A stretch of 64,000 bases of DNA, from the sequence record MH533020.1; one strand, written 5' to 3'. The stretch comes from Acinetobacter phage ABPH49. This document shows positions 36,811 through 45,740 of the stretch, one piece after another (position 1 is the first letter of the stretch; every line of letters begins with the position of its first letter). Made by a program: the position numbers and the translations under genes. The notes beneath the pieces were generated by a model that saw only the letters and a program-made list of their open reading frames with translations, had not been told where the DNA came from and ran no database searches.

Positions 36811-37146
36811 TTAGCTCCCATTGTCTTTAAGTCCTTGCAGCCCGGGAAGGGCCAGTCTACGGTTAAGCTCCTGTATTTCGCCCTCATACTGCTCGAAGAG
36901 GTCTTCGTACATTCTCATTGCCGGAGAGTCTACACCATGTTGGTCGGCAATGCCACCGCTTTCGTATTGTTTTCTTCGGATCTCCATTTGGGCATTGAGC
37001 AAGGTTCCGACGTTGGCGTCCCACATCGCCCGGGTGTAAATTATGTTGTTGTATTTCCTCACCTTTTCTTTCTCTGCCTTCAAAAGCAGGATTACCAGAA
37101 CAACGACAAGGGTGATGATGATCAACGCTCCAATTAATTCAGCCAT
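36811..37146 (-). CDS. membrane protein
   Basis: ORF track 111 aa; N-terminal TM LIGALIIITLVVVLVILLL. Confidence 0.5.
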   Translation of the reverse strand: MAELIGALIIITLVVVLVILLLKAEKEKVRKYNNIIYTRAMWDANVGTLLNAQMEIRRKQYESGGIADQHGVDSPAMRMYEDLFEQYEGEIQELNRRLALPGLQGLKDNGS

Positions 37147-37321
37147 GAAACCCCCACTTCACCGGCATGATGCTGACATGACGATGACTGCGTTTTGGGA
37201 TGGTTTTCAGGTATTCTTCCCTAGCCATCTTAGCCTCTTCCTCGGTAGAATGAGCCGATACCGGCATATCTCGACAGCGGAACGATGTAGAGTCTCTCAT
37301 CACTACGTATATGTTTTTCAT
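37139..37321 (-). CDS. small protein, paralog of the adjacent 37318..37500 gene
   Basis: internal ATG (MKNIYVVMRD...EEEAKMAREEYLK...VKWGF); the shared pattern with the neighbour implies tandem duplication. Confidence 0.45.
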   Translation of the reverse strand: MKNIYVVMRDSTSFRCRDMPVSAHSTEEEAKMAREEYLKTIPKRSHRHVSIMPVKWGFHG

Positions 37322-37500
37322 CCGATCCCCCACTTCACTTCTCGAACATGGACCTTGATGTTTCTCCATTTATCGAGGTCTTTCAGGTACTCTTCCTTTG
37401 CAGTTTCGGCACCTTCCGGCGTCTTGTGGGCAGACAGAAGCTGATCTCCGTACAGGCCAGTCAACGACGTCAAAACAACCACGTGTATGTTTTTACTCAT
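37318..37500 (-). CDS. small protein, paralog of 37139..37321
   Basis: MSKNIHVVVL...AETAKEEYLK...VKWGI; perfect RBS GTAAGGAGAAAAC. Confidence 0.5.
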   Translation of the reverse strand: MSKNIHVVVLTSLTGLYGDQLLSAHKTPEGAETAKEEYLKDLDKWRNIKVHVREVKWGIG

Positions 37501-37509
37501 GTTTTCTCC

Positions 37510-37620
37510 TTACAGTGTCGACAGCAATTTTTCAAACCCAACCACCCCGGCAATGATGAGGAGGACAACTACCCATGCACCCATGAAGCGGAGGATGGTT
37601 GGTGGACTATCGTTCATCAT
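37510..37620 (-). CDS. small TM protein (36-37 aa)
   Basis: RBS AGGAGAT; hydrophobic MGAWVVVLLIIAGVVGF; below the track cutoff. Confidence 0.4.
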   Translation of the reverse strand: MMNDSPPTILRFMGAWVVVLLIIAGVVGFEKLLSTL

Positions 37621-37874
37621 CTTTTATCTCCTGTCCACTCGCCTTCGTGGTGTTTCACGGCAAACGTGTAATCCGGTCCGCCGAGATAACTCTCCCAGTG
37701 CAGGTCGGCGCATCCTGCCGCCCATTCTTGCTCAACAAGGTTGTACCCGCAAAGGGCTACAATTGCCAGCTTACCGGCGGCGATGGCCCCTGCCTCGGTA
37801 TCCGCGCCGCAGATGGTCCTAACCCAGCCACCGGCACAGCAGAAGTCTTTACAGCGTACTTGGACAACCCACAT
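37617..37874 (-). CDS. Cys-rich protein
   Basis: ORF track 85 aa; RBS TGGAGGA. Confidence 0.5.
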   Translation of the reverse strand: MWVVQVRCKDFCCAGGWVRTICGADTEAGAIAAGKLAIVALCGYNLVEQEWAAGCADLHWESYLGGPDYTFAVKHHEGEWTGDKR

Positions 37875-38056
37875 TATCGATCCTCCAGAGAAATGAGAAT
37901 GATCTTTCCTACTTTCAGGAGGTACTGGAGATGAAACTGCTCATTTATGTACCCTTCGTCGTAGGCATAGGCCTCATCAGGATCTCGAGTAGTCCCTTTA
38001 TCAGGCGAAAGGTAATACTCTCCAGTAGCTACATGAAAAATAAGGAACTTTTTCAT
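37874..38056 (-). CDS. small protein, paralog of 38833..39045
   Basis: internal ATG (MKKFLIFHVATGEYYLSPDK...YAYDE) with RBS AAAAGGAGAAGG. Confidence 0.45.
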   Translation of the reverse strand: MKKFLIFHVATGEYYLSPDKGTTRDPDEAYAYDEGYINEQFHLQYLLKVGKIILISLEDR

Positions 38057-38352
38057 TATCGACCTTCTCCTTTTACGAGATGCTTCCAAGAGATGCGGAT
38101 GCTTACGATCTCTGTGAGGTGGTAATCATCACAGCTGTACGTCACTTCATACCCCAGAGACTTCAGCAGCTGACCTGCGGTCAACATTTCGTGGTTCAGA
38201 CTCGCCCCTACAATTTTGCGAGTCAGTTTGGTCTGGGTTTGTGTTGCCGGGACGTTGCGGATATGCTCCCATACTGCTTCTGGAAGAATAACTTCCTTTT
38301 GCAGCGCCTCTGTTGTCCGCTTCGCCATCTCTTCTGCTGTTGGTAAATTCAT
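38056..38352 (-). CDS. hypothetical protein
   Basis: internal ATG (MNLPTAEEMAKR...) with RBS AAAGGGGGAT. Confidence 0.45.
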   Translation of the reverse strand: MNLPTAEEMAKRTTEALQKEVILPEAVWEHIRNVPATQTQTKLTRKIVGASLNHEMLTAGQLLKSLGYEVTYSCDDYHLTEIVSIRISWKHLVKGEGR

Positions 38353-38377
38353 TTTATCCCCCTTTGTTTTCAACATG

Positions 38378-38674
38378 TTAGTAGAATGAGTCTTCGTCTC
38401 TTTGCCAGAGATACTCCCAGCGCTCCTCCGCGTCTCGCATCCGAGACTCAAACCACTGAAGTTCGCGCTTCAGCTTGTCGTACTCCTCCTTTTTCTCCCA
38501 AGAGGCGTACTCGGTGCACTCGCTCTCGAAGTTACCTGAATCCGTGAATGAGGTTTGGTCCTCATTCCCACAGGAACACCGGTAGGATACACGAAGCATC
38601 CCACCGCTGTCAACAACTTCGCTGCCTTTTATTACTTGGTGGTTGCTCGAGATCCGGTCGCAGTTGTTACACAT
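38378..38674 (-). CDS. Zn-ribbon protein
   Basis: MCNNC...C.CG pattern; start uncertain (track ORF extends to 38770 with a GTG). Confidence 0.4.
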   Translation of the reverse strand: MCNNCDRISSNHQVIKGSEVVDSGGMLRVSYRCSCGNEDQTSFTDSGNFESECTEYASWEKKEEYDKLKRELQWFESRMRDAEERWEYLWQRDEDSFY

Positions 38675-38832
38675 AAGCCGGGTTCTCGTCCCAAATCTTG
38701 CCTTTGTTCTTGGATGTTTTCTCACGCCCCCTCCAACTGTTGTGGTGTCCAAAATTGGTTGCAGTGGCACACCAATATTGCCTAAAGAGGCAAACCAAGA
38801 CCCGCCTGAAGAGGCAGGCCAGTTTCCTCAGG

Positions 38833-39045
38833 TCACGCCACGGCCTGACCCTCTCCCCTCGGATTCAGCAGCACCAACCGGCATTCGCCGTACTTCAGAT
38901 TTTCCATGATGCTCCACGAACCGAGGATGGCACGCTCATCGTAGACGTGTGCCGAAACCCGTGATGGGGTAATCCCGCAAAACGGTGCAAGGTAATACTG
39001 GTCCTTTTCCACATCCTTGATCAAAAAGAGTTTACTGGTTTTCAT
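38833..39045 (-). CDS. small protein, paralog of 37874..38056
   Basis: MKTSKLFLIKDVEKDQYYLAPF...HVYDE; RBS AAAGGAGGG. Confidence 0.45.
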   Translation of the reverse strand: MKTSKLFLIKDVEKDQYYLAPFCGITPSRVSAHVYDERAILGSWSIMENLKYGECRLVLLNPRGEGQAVA

Positions 39046-39171
39046 TTGTCGCCCTCCTTTCCTGTACCCCATACCCATGAGCGGGTCACGGTACTTTGTC
39101 CAACTGTTAAGCCCAAACAGGCTCTTTGGTGTCACATCATAAAGCCCGTGTTCCCGCAGGATTGTCCCCTC

Positions 39172-39501
39172 TCAGTCAGACTCTTCATTCTGGGATACCT
39201 CCTTTTCCGGTATACCCCCGGTTTTAGAGGGGGTGGGGTCCAAAATATCACCACCAGAAATATCCCGTGGGGCTGTCTGGTCCCGTGGTGACTCGTCACG
39301 GGCGTGGTATCGCCAAATCCACAAGCTCCCGTGGGGTAAGCGCGTAGCAGGCTCACGAACTTCACCAAGGGCCTCGTCGATCGCATCGCGAAGTCTCAGC
39401 AGCTGCTCTTTCCCAACAAGGGTGACGACCTGTGTATTGCCACTCTTGAAGGTCTGGCAGACCACCAGTGATTCTCTGTCTGTTGCCAACTCAATGCTCA
39501 T
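39172..39501 (-). CDS. hypothetical protein
   Basis: ORF track 109 aa; RBS GAGGAC. Confidence 0.5.
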   Translation of the reverse strand: MSIELATDRESLVVCQTFKSGNTQVVTLVGKEQLLRLRDAIDEALGEVREPATRLPHGSLWIWRYHARDESPRDQTAPRDISGGDILDPTPSKTGGIPEKEVSQNEESD

Positions 39502-40324
39502 ATTTTGTCCTCATGTCTGCTCATTTCTTTCCACCACTATACCCAACCTAAAGAGGTCCGTCAACTGTTATCTTTCCTTGCCAAAATATCCTGCCCTTTG
39601 GAGGCGGACCGGAGGGAGGCCTCTGGGTCTTGGTGTTTCGGGGGAAATTACACTATTTGGATAGTGGTGCTTGACGGAACCTCTGGGCAGAACGGGGGTG
39701 GGGCGGATCTTTGCCAAATATCTGGGCAAAAATCAAAAAGGGTACCAGTTCCTCGCCGTTCTCAAGTTACAGACATTATAACATCGGCGTGCCAGAATAC
39801 AAGCTTTTTCTTTGCCTTTTTGTTGCAGGCATTCACCAACATTTGGGGTCAGATACAGCACTTTTTGCCAAGAAACCCGGGTTTACCTGTGCTTCACCCA
39901 ATTTAACATAAAACACGTTATACGCACCAACAAGGGACCGGCGGAGCGGGCCTGTTGCAATTGAGTCTCATTACCAACAAGGCAGGCCAGCTAAGGCGCG
40001 GCCAGTGATCAGCCACCTCCATTTGAGAACGCTTCTCATTCAACTTTTGCAATCTGAATCGCAATAATAATTATTCTCATTTGCATTTCGATCCGCATTC
40101 CGGGCACCAACTAAATTTAAAATAAAAATATTTGACAAGTAGCGAATACTGTGTTTTGCTAGGCAGCTTTGCCCTGCTGTTGGTCATCTTGTGAGCAAAT
40201 ACAGCCGCTATCCTGTGGAACCAGACCTCCGGGGCCTGTTGGTCTGCCTCTTCAGTCATCCCCTGATGCATTTCTATGCTAAGAAAACAAGATATTTATT
40301 CACTTAATTTGATAACAAAAAGCT

Positions 40325-40520
40325 TGACATACTGTAATTTGTCTCTATTAAAGACAAAGGAAAATAGAGACAAGCGCCACCGCCGAAGGCGATGATCGCG
40401 GGGGAAGCAACACAGCCTAGCGCGTGATAGCGCTGGGTGTGGGGGTTACTCTATTTTCCTTTGTCGCTCGCTACGCTCGCGCCACCCTGATCGCGGGGGG
40501 AAAACTGCGACATCTGGTAA
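40325..40520 (+). ncRNA. candidate structured RNA or origin-like element: promoter (TTGACA-16-TATTAA) followed by a long imperfect inverted repeat (GACAAAGGAAAATAGAG ... CTCTATTTTCCTTTGTC) enclosing a GATCGCGGGGG direct repeat
   Basis: 17-bp arms about 70 nt apart; no ORF explains the region. Confidence 0.3.
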
Positions 40521-40857
40521 AGGTCAACAGCCGAAAAGCTGTGATCGTCTAAAACAGCCTGTGCGCTGTTTTAAGGCGTTTTCATGCTAAGGTGATAAAT
40601 GGTATGGCTTACAGCCCGAAAGCCTCGCAGTGGTCCGCCTGTGAAGCCGTTTAGATGATAATGGTTCTCAACAAGTTGGTGGTAGGATTTTTAGGGTGAT
40701 TGGTGGGTTTTGGGGGTTGTATTGATCATTGGTTGGTGATATTCTGTTAGATCGGTGTTGGTTGTGGGTGATACCATTCCGCCAGCGGCTAAGGCCGGTT
40801 TCCAACTGGTGGCAATGCCTCGAGGCTCGCCGCTGTTCGCCCTGGGTAATCTTGTGA

Positions 40858-40890
40858 CGAAAACAAGAAACCCGGCGCTGTGGCCGGGCT
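40858..40890 (-). terminator. rho-independent terminator (CCCGGCCACAGCGCCGGG + TTTCTTGTTTTCG on the - strand)
   Basis: GC hairpin plus T-rich tail a short distance downstream of the stop of the 40968..41318 gene. Confidence 0.55.
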
Positions 40891-40967
40891 TGTGGTGGGT
40901 GTTACTGTGGGTTACTGCTGGGTGTGAAACAACCATTTAGCCGCTTCATTGCGGGCCGCGACCTCTT

Positions 40968-41318
40968 CTAGAACTCTCCCCAGCTGATCCGGCTGATATG
41001 GCGGTTTTCCATTGCTGCCTGTACTGACAGATCAAAGGGGGAGAAACCATAGCGCACTATGCGGATCTCTTCAAAACCGGTGTAATACTCATTGCCGAAC
41101 TTCTTGGCTGAGAAGACCGCCTCGATCGTGTACTCCCGGTTGCCGTCGTTCACCTCTTCAATGAGGACAGTCTCACGCATTGCCCAATTCTGACAATCGC
41201 GGATAACTTGGCAAGCTTCAGGGCGGAGGGTGCCAAAATTCACGGCGTGAGCCAGCGCAGCAGGGCCAAAGGTGCGGGCAATAGCGATAACATCGGCGCG
41301 GGTTTCGATAGTGAACAT
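40968..41318 (-). CDS. hypothetical protein
   Basis: internal ATG (MFTIETRAD...) with RBS AAAAAGGAATCAC; promoter TTTACA-17-TACTAT and 5'-UTR hairpin GGGAGGCAATACCGCCTCCC upstream. Confidence 0.5.
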   Translation of the reverse strand: MFTIETRADVIAIARTFGPAALAHAVNFGTLRPEACQVIRDCQNWAMRETVLIEEVNDGNREYTIEAVFSAKKFGNEYYTGFEEIRIVRYGFSPFDLSVQAAMENRHISRISWGEF

Positions 41319-41340
41319 GGTGTGATTCCTTTTTGTGGGT

Positions 41341-41395
41341 GGAGGCGGTATTGCCTCCCGATGTGTTAATAGTAGGTCATCTGGCGCAGGATGTA
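41341..41395 (-). promoter_or_regulatory. promoter (TTTACA-17-TACTAT) plus 5'-UTR hairpin GGGAGGC-AATAC-CGCCTCCC
   Basis: the same promoter-hairpin-RBS layout as the repeated cassettes further right. Confidence 0.45.
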
Positions 41396-41415
41396 AAGCG
41401 GATAAGTGAAATAAA

Positions 41416-41445
41416 TGCAAAAAACCCCGGCACTACGGCCGGAGT
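41416..41445 (-). terminator. rho-independent terminator (CCGGCCGTAGTGCCGGGG + TTTTTTG on the - strand)
   Basis: hairpin plus T6 after the stop of the 41433..41705 gene. Confidence 0.55.
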
Positions 41446-41705
41446 TCGTTCGTGATTTCGTTGGCTGCGGCGATCTGCCGTAGGCGTGCCAATCTGTCAA
41501 GGTAGGTGCTATAAGCCTGCATTAGGGCGGCTGGCTCTTCCCGGTCATACTGCAAAGACACCCGGCGATCGTCTTCCATGCCAACGATCCAGAAATAGGC
41601 GTGATCGCTTTCTTCCACCGCAACCAGTTGTAACCAGTTAGGGGACATCCCGTCATCGTCAACAGGGGTTACGATACACTCTTCAAGCTTGATTGATTTG
41701 GTCAT
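41433..41705 (-). CDS. hypothetical protein
   Basis: ORF track 90 aa. Confidence 0.5.
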   Translation of the reverse strand: MTKSIKLEECIVTPVDDDGMSPNWLQLVAVEESDHAYFWIVGMEDDRRVSLQYDREEPAALMQAYSTYLDRLARLRQIAAANEITNELRP

Positions 41706-42019
41706 GATAAAGCCTCATTGGTTGGAAAATTTACTACCTGACACCGAACTTTATCAGGATAGGACCTTCCTGTTATAAAGTCAATAAAAATCGCATCTGT
41801 AAATTCAATGCTTACTGAATCATCACACCAGTTAACTATGTAATTTCTGTTTTCGAGTTGTTTGCGGGTGATGGGTTTTGCACCTGCGGCTTTCATAGAA
41901 GACCCAAGGATTTTATGGACTATCCACACATGCGCCGATCCCCGGTAAGATTTTTCTCCCTCGCTCAACAAATGGTCAAGGGCCTTTTCTGGACTGGTAA
42001 AGTTATAAGACATGTGCAT
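41702..42019 (-). CDS. hypothetical protein
   Basis: internal ATG (MHMSYNFTSPEK...) of track ORF 41702..42145. Confidence 0.45.
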   Translation of the reverse strand: MHMSYNFTSPEKALDHLLSEGEKSYRGSAHVWIVHKILGSSMKAAGAKPITRKQLENRNYIVNWCDDSVSIEFTDAIFIDFITGRSYPDKVRCQVVNFPTNEALS

Positions 42020-42059
42020 GATTAGGGTCTCATATAGGCCCCTTTCGGGGCCGGGTTGG

Positions 42060-42326
42060 TTACTTGTACAGTTTGACAAAGTCGCGGAAAATGTCGTTCC
42101 AGTCAGGACCGTTTTGCAGCTGGTAAGGCTTGCCGTGGTGGTCATAGTTCATGGCGCTAACTTCACCAGTGGCAAAGAAGCCGCTGTCATATGCTGCTTT
42201 CTCGGCCTTGCGGATCACGGCGTTGATCCGGTTTCCGTTCGGGTTGCCGTTGCTCTCAGCGTTCAATTGCTTGGCGGTAACTTCCAGATTTTTCAGGGCT
42301 GTTCTGATGAATTTAACTTTGTTCAC
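42060..42326 (-). CDS. hypothetical protein
   Basis: ORF track 88 aa. Confidence 0.5.
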   Translation of the reverse strand: MNKVKFIRTALKNLEVTAKQLNAESNGNPNGNRINAVIRKAEKAAYDSGFFATGEVSAMNYDHHGKPYQLQNGPDWNDIFRDFVKLYK

Positions 42327-42423
42327 TTTACATTACCTTTCGGGGTGGCTGGCGGTGTGCCTTGCCTCTGGAAACAATAATAGGACCTTTCGGCCCTGAA
42401 GTCTTTAGCAAAAAGTGCTATTT

Positions 42424-42582
42424 TTATCGTTTACCGCTTGCACGGTTATTCAGCCAATCCCGAACCATGCGGATCGCCTCATAATTGTAACCTTCAGCCT
42501 GCATTCTGGCCTCTAACTGCATTTTGGTTAGGTTGAGCCTACGGATCCGCCGGGCGTACTGATAAGCCTGATCTTTTGTCAT
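42424..42582 (-). CDS. hypothetical small protein (52 aa)
   Basis: ATGA coupling; below the track cutoff. Confidence 0.35.
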   Translation of the reverse strand: MTKDQAYQYARRIRRLNLTKMQLEARMQAEGYNYEAIRMVRDWLNNRASGKR

Positions 42583-42764
42583 TATACCCGCTCCCAAAAA
42601 GCATGATAATCAGATTCTGAGATAAAGACACGTTTACCCCGGTACAAGTAAAACCGGTGTTCGGTCCCGCGTTGCGGGTTGCGGCCCTTGTGAATGTTCA
42701 CGGTCTGGCCTGTTGCCGGGTTGGTGAAGCGCCCCAGCGGGCGCACATTTGTTAACTTAGACAT
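42582..42764 (-). CDS. hypothetical small protein
   Basis: internal ATG (MSKLTNVRPLG...) of track ORF 42582..42815. Confidence 0.4.
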   Translation of the reverse strand: MSKLTNVRPLGRFTNPATGQTVNIHKGRNPQRGTEHRFYLYRGKRVFISESDYHAFWERV

Positions 42765-42784
42765 AATCAACGATATTCCCCGGG

Positions 42785-43093
42785 TCAGTAGGTATAAAAA
42801 CCCTTTTCGGCACAAAATCCGAGATAACCGCCGGTTGTTGTTTCCCGTGCTAACAGGCCGGTTAAATCAACAGCGCCTACCCAGCGGCCCCACGCTTCAA
42901 TATAGAAAACAACATAGTTTGCCGGGCGGGCCTCAGCGTCGCCGTTTTTGTCAAAGTAAACAGCGGCGGCTTTTGCAATCTTAGCTACGGCCTTATCTGC
43001 GGCGGCCTCCGTTGCATAGTTTTTGCAAGGGTTTTTGTTATCTTTACGATACTCTTCAATGCGGGCGGTGATAGTTGCAATGATGTTAGCCAT
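42785..43093 (-). CDS. hypothetical protein
   Basis: ORF track 102 aa; preceded by a promoter-hairpin cassette. Confidence 0.5.
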   Translation of the reverse strand: MANIIATITARIEEYRKDNKNPCKNYATEAAADKAVAKIAKAAAVYFDKNGDAEARPANYVVFYIEAWGRWVGAVDLTGLLARETTTGGYLGFCAEKGFYTY

Positions 43094-43094
43094 G

Positions 43095-43190
43095 ATGTTT
43101 ACTCTTTAGTCTGGCGGGAACCATTCCCGCTTGATGTAATGATTATAGCTGATCACGCGGGTGATGTTTAGCAATTCGTGCTATTTTGGG
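43095..43190 (-). promoter_or_regulatory. promoter (TATAAT -10) plus conserved 5'-UTR hairpin GCGGGAATGGTTCCCGCC, cassette copy 1
   Basis: hairpin at 43114-43130 immediately upstream of the RBS and ATG at 43093. Confidence 0.55.
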
Positions 43191-43224
43191 ATATTTCTTC
43201 CAGATGATAAAGCTTATCATTTGC

Positions 43225-43385
43225 ATTCTCACCTAAAAGGCCCTGAGAGCGATTCTAAGCGTTTTGCCGTTTTGGCTACCCTCTAAAACCGCCTGTAATC
43301 CATTCTAAGCCGCTTTTGCCTGAAGCCTAGCGGTTATACCTCTTTGAAGAGATCTCACTAATGCGAGCTATTCTCATCTAGAAAA
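43225..43385. repeat. dispersed intergenic repeat (about 150 bp) containing the AGAGATCTC palindrome; second copy at 44590-44730
   Basis: blocks ...CCTGTAA..TAAGCCG.TTT...AGCC...GAGATCTCACTAAT...ATTCTCA shared by both loci. Confidence 0.45.
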
Positions 43386-43646
43386 TCAGGAATTATGTGA
43401 TAAAAGCTTGTCAACGCTTGCCAAGTATGATTTAAGCAGGCTGATGCTCTTCATGTGGTCAACGTGCCCGGCCTTGCCGTTCTGGCTGTTGGTCTTAGTT
43501 TTCCTATACCGTGCCAACAACAACAGGTAAAGATCTGTGTTATGGCGGTTAGCGAAAGGCGGCGTTTGCCGCTCTGGTAAAGCCAGTATGTGACAGGGGG
43601 CAAATCGGCGGGATTGGTCCAGATCGTTACGGCGGTTAGCGCCCAT
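43386..43646 (-). CDS. hypothetical basic protein
   Basis: track ORF 86 aa with RBS GAGGA, but low-complexity and internally repetitive DNA; weak. Confidence 0.25.
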   Translation of the reverse strand: MGANRRNDLDQSRRFAPCHILALPERQTPPFANRHNTDLYLLLLARYRKTKTNSQNGKAGHVDHMKSISLLKSYLASVDKLLSHNS

Positions 43647-43686
43647 GAGAAGATCCTCAAAGATGGGGCCTTACGGCCCCTGTTGG

Positions 43687-43920
43687 TTAACGTAAAGCCT
43701 TGACGGTTTCGCCATAGGAATAATCAATAGGCGATCCGGGGTGATCAGCGGTAATCACATCGACGCCGGTTTGCTTCAGCACGATCCCGGCGACCGTTTC
43801 GTAAATAGGCTGGCGGACGTCGTCGCCGCTTTCGTTTGTGGCGTCATAGTAGCCGGTTAGGATTTCGTCGCCCGCTTGAAGGTTTTCAGCGTTGATCAGT
43901 TGGCGCGTTTTAGTAGTCAT
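43687..43920 (-). CDS. hypothetical protein
   Basis: internal ATG (MTTKTRQLINAEN...) of track ORF 43687..44004; hairpin GGGGCCGCACAAGGCCCC in the leader. Confidence 0.45.
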   Translation of the reverse strand: MTTKTRQLINAENLQAGDEILTGYYDATNESGDDVRQPIYETVAGIVLKQTGVDVITADHPGSPIDYSYGETVKALR

Positions 43921-43963
43921 ACGTAAAGCCTCTATAGTGGGGCCTTGTGCGGCCCCTGTTAGG

Positions 43964-44447
43964 TTAGAAGTTGTGGTAACCGTCGATGCTATTAGGGTTG
44001 ACAAAGGGGAAATGATGATTCAGCGTGTTGCGGCCCCATTGTGCCATATTCATGGAGGCCAGATCCCGGCGCTCAACTGCTGCGGCGTATGCCTCGGCCT
44101 GTTCTGCGGCGTCATTCTCAACAAAGGCGCGGATCTTCTCGCATACGTTATCCGGTAGCCTTGCCAACTCATGATAGGCGAACATGTAGCCATTGAAAGC
44201 GGTGATAACCCGGCCTTGGAACTCAGCAAAGCGTGAATGGTGGTAATTGTAAGACGTTGGATCAATGAAATGCTCTACCGGTGAAACGCGGATATCATCT
44301 GGCTTGCAGAATTGCCAAACAGCCTTGCCAAGGTCTAAGCACAATTCGCCGTCAGCTGCAATATTGATGACGGTTGCATTGATGAGGCCTTTGCTGATGG
44401 AATCGAAAATAACTTTCTGGCCTACGCAATAGATTGACTTTTTCATG
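43964..44447 (-). CDS. hypothetical protein
   Basis: internal ATG (MKKSIYCVGQKVIF...) with RBS AAAGAGG. Confidence 0.5.
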
Positions 44448-44589
44448 GTGTTGCCTCTTTGTTGGCGTTGTTTCGTTCTGATGAGGTAATTATAGATCAA
44501 CGGGTGGGAGATGCAAGCGGATTTTTCAACTTTTTGCATCTTTTTCGTTGTTGAGAACGCTTATAGTTTACATTCTCATCTTGCGGGGT

Positions 44590-44730
44590 GTTTTGTCCAA
44601 ACTGGTGTTTTAGCTGTTGTCAAGCCGTCTTAAAACGGCCTGTAAGGGCCTATAAGGCGTTTTATCCGTTAGCCTTGCCGTTGTATGGCTTCGCAGAGAT
44701 CTCGCTAATAGGAATAATTCTCAATTGGAA
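44590..44730. repeat. second copy of the dispersed intergenic repeat (see 43225-43385)
   Basis: shared blocks including CGCAGAGATCTCGCTAATAGGAATAATTCTCA. Confidence 0.45.
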
Positions 44731-44740
44731 AAGCCCGGAT

Positions 44741-45085
44741 TTACCGGACCTTTATTGGCAACACGCAACCCCATTCCGGGCGCTGCTTTTCTGCTACGCT
44801 TTCCAACTCTTCAGCCTCATAGCCTGACGTTCTCAGATCAAACAAGGCCGCGTCTATTTCTTCTATCTTCTTTACAAGCTCGTTTTTGCGGGCCTGTAAG
44901 GCATCGTCTAACGCTTCTATTGCCTGTTTGACCGTCTCCCCTTTTGCCTCTAGATAACCCCGATCCCTGCCGGGCAAGCTCCCGGCGCTGGTGCTGGCCG
45001 TCCAGCGTCCACGCTTAGACCAGAAAACCCGGAAGCCTTTAACCTCAAAGATGAAATTTTTCATTACGTGGCAAAAGCGGATCAT
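44741..45085 (-). CDS. HicB-like (UPF0150 fold) protein
   Basis: FRVFWSKRGRWTASTSAGSLPG...GETVKQAIEALDDALQ resembles the HicB antitoxin N-terminal domain; RBS GAGGAAAG. Confidence 0.4.
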   Translation of the reverse strand: MIRFCHVMKNFIFEVKGFRVFWSKRGRWTASTSAGSLPGRDRGYLEAKGETVKQAIEALDDALQARKNELVKKIEEIDAALFDLRTSGYEAEELESVAEKQRPEWGCVLPIKVR

Positions 45086-45297
45086 ATCTCTTTCCTCGCT
45101 TGTAAGTAAAGCACCGCCGTTAAGTAGGACTCATCGGCCCACTCTTTAACCGCATCCATAAAGGATGGGTATTTGTAGCTCTTAGCCTCGGGTGTTCCGT
45201 GCCAAGGGTAGATAGTCTGATAAACCTCTTTTAATACCTCTTCCCGGCGCTGTTGTGTCATGGATTCAGGATCATAACGCAAAGGTAAATTGTTCAT
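45082..45297 (-). CDS. hypothetical protein
   Basis: ORF track 71 aa. Confidence 0.5.
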   Translation of the reverse strand: MNNLPLRYDPESMTQQRREEVLKEVYQTIYPWHGTPEAKSYKYPSFMDAVKEWADESYLTAVLYLQARKEI

Positions 45298-45740
45298 TTC
45301 TTGGCAAGCTCCCGATAAAGGCGATCATGGTAGGCCGGGCCGCGTTCGTTAACGTCGATATAAGCCTGCGTTGCGATCCGGCTCTGGTCTGGGTCACAAA
45401 TCAGAGTAGTAATGCCGCCAGCAACTACAGACACGCGGCCAAGATAATAAACATAAGCGCCGCACTCTGTGAAAATGGTGCAATTCTGGCGCAGGTATGG
45501 TAACAGGTATTTATCCCCCATTGCACGGGCCTTGTAAATAGCCTGTGAGCCGTTGATCAGGCGCTTGATGTGATGCGGGTCGTTGATCGCCTTGTTTGGG
45601 CTTCCCATGTACTGATAACGGGCCTCGGCGATGTTTTTGGCCTTGGCTTCAAGCTCTGGGATCATAACGTTGATCCGGGCCTGTTCCTGCGCCGCTGGCG
45701 TCAACTCATCAAAGTAAAACAGTTTTGAAAGATTCATCAT
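45294..45740 (-). CDS. hypothetical protein
   Basis: internal ATG (MMNLSKLFYFDEL...) with RBS CAAGGGGC. Confidence 0.5.
   Translation of the reverse strand: MMNLSKLFYFDELTPAAQEQARINVMIPELEAKAKNIAEARYQYMGSPNKAINDPHHIKRLINGSQAIYKARAMGDKYLLPYLRQNCTIFTECGAYVYYLGRVSVVAGGITTLICDPDQSRIATQAYIDVNERGPAYHDRLYRELAKK

Noticed and set aside
40690-40790. GT-rich tract as a possible telomere or packaging repeat
   Set aside because: No regular repeat unit could be defined by eye. It is kept only as part of the low-coding-region finding.
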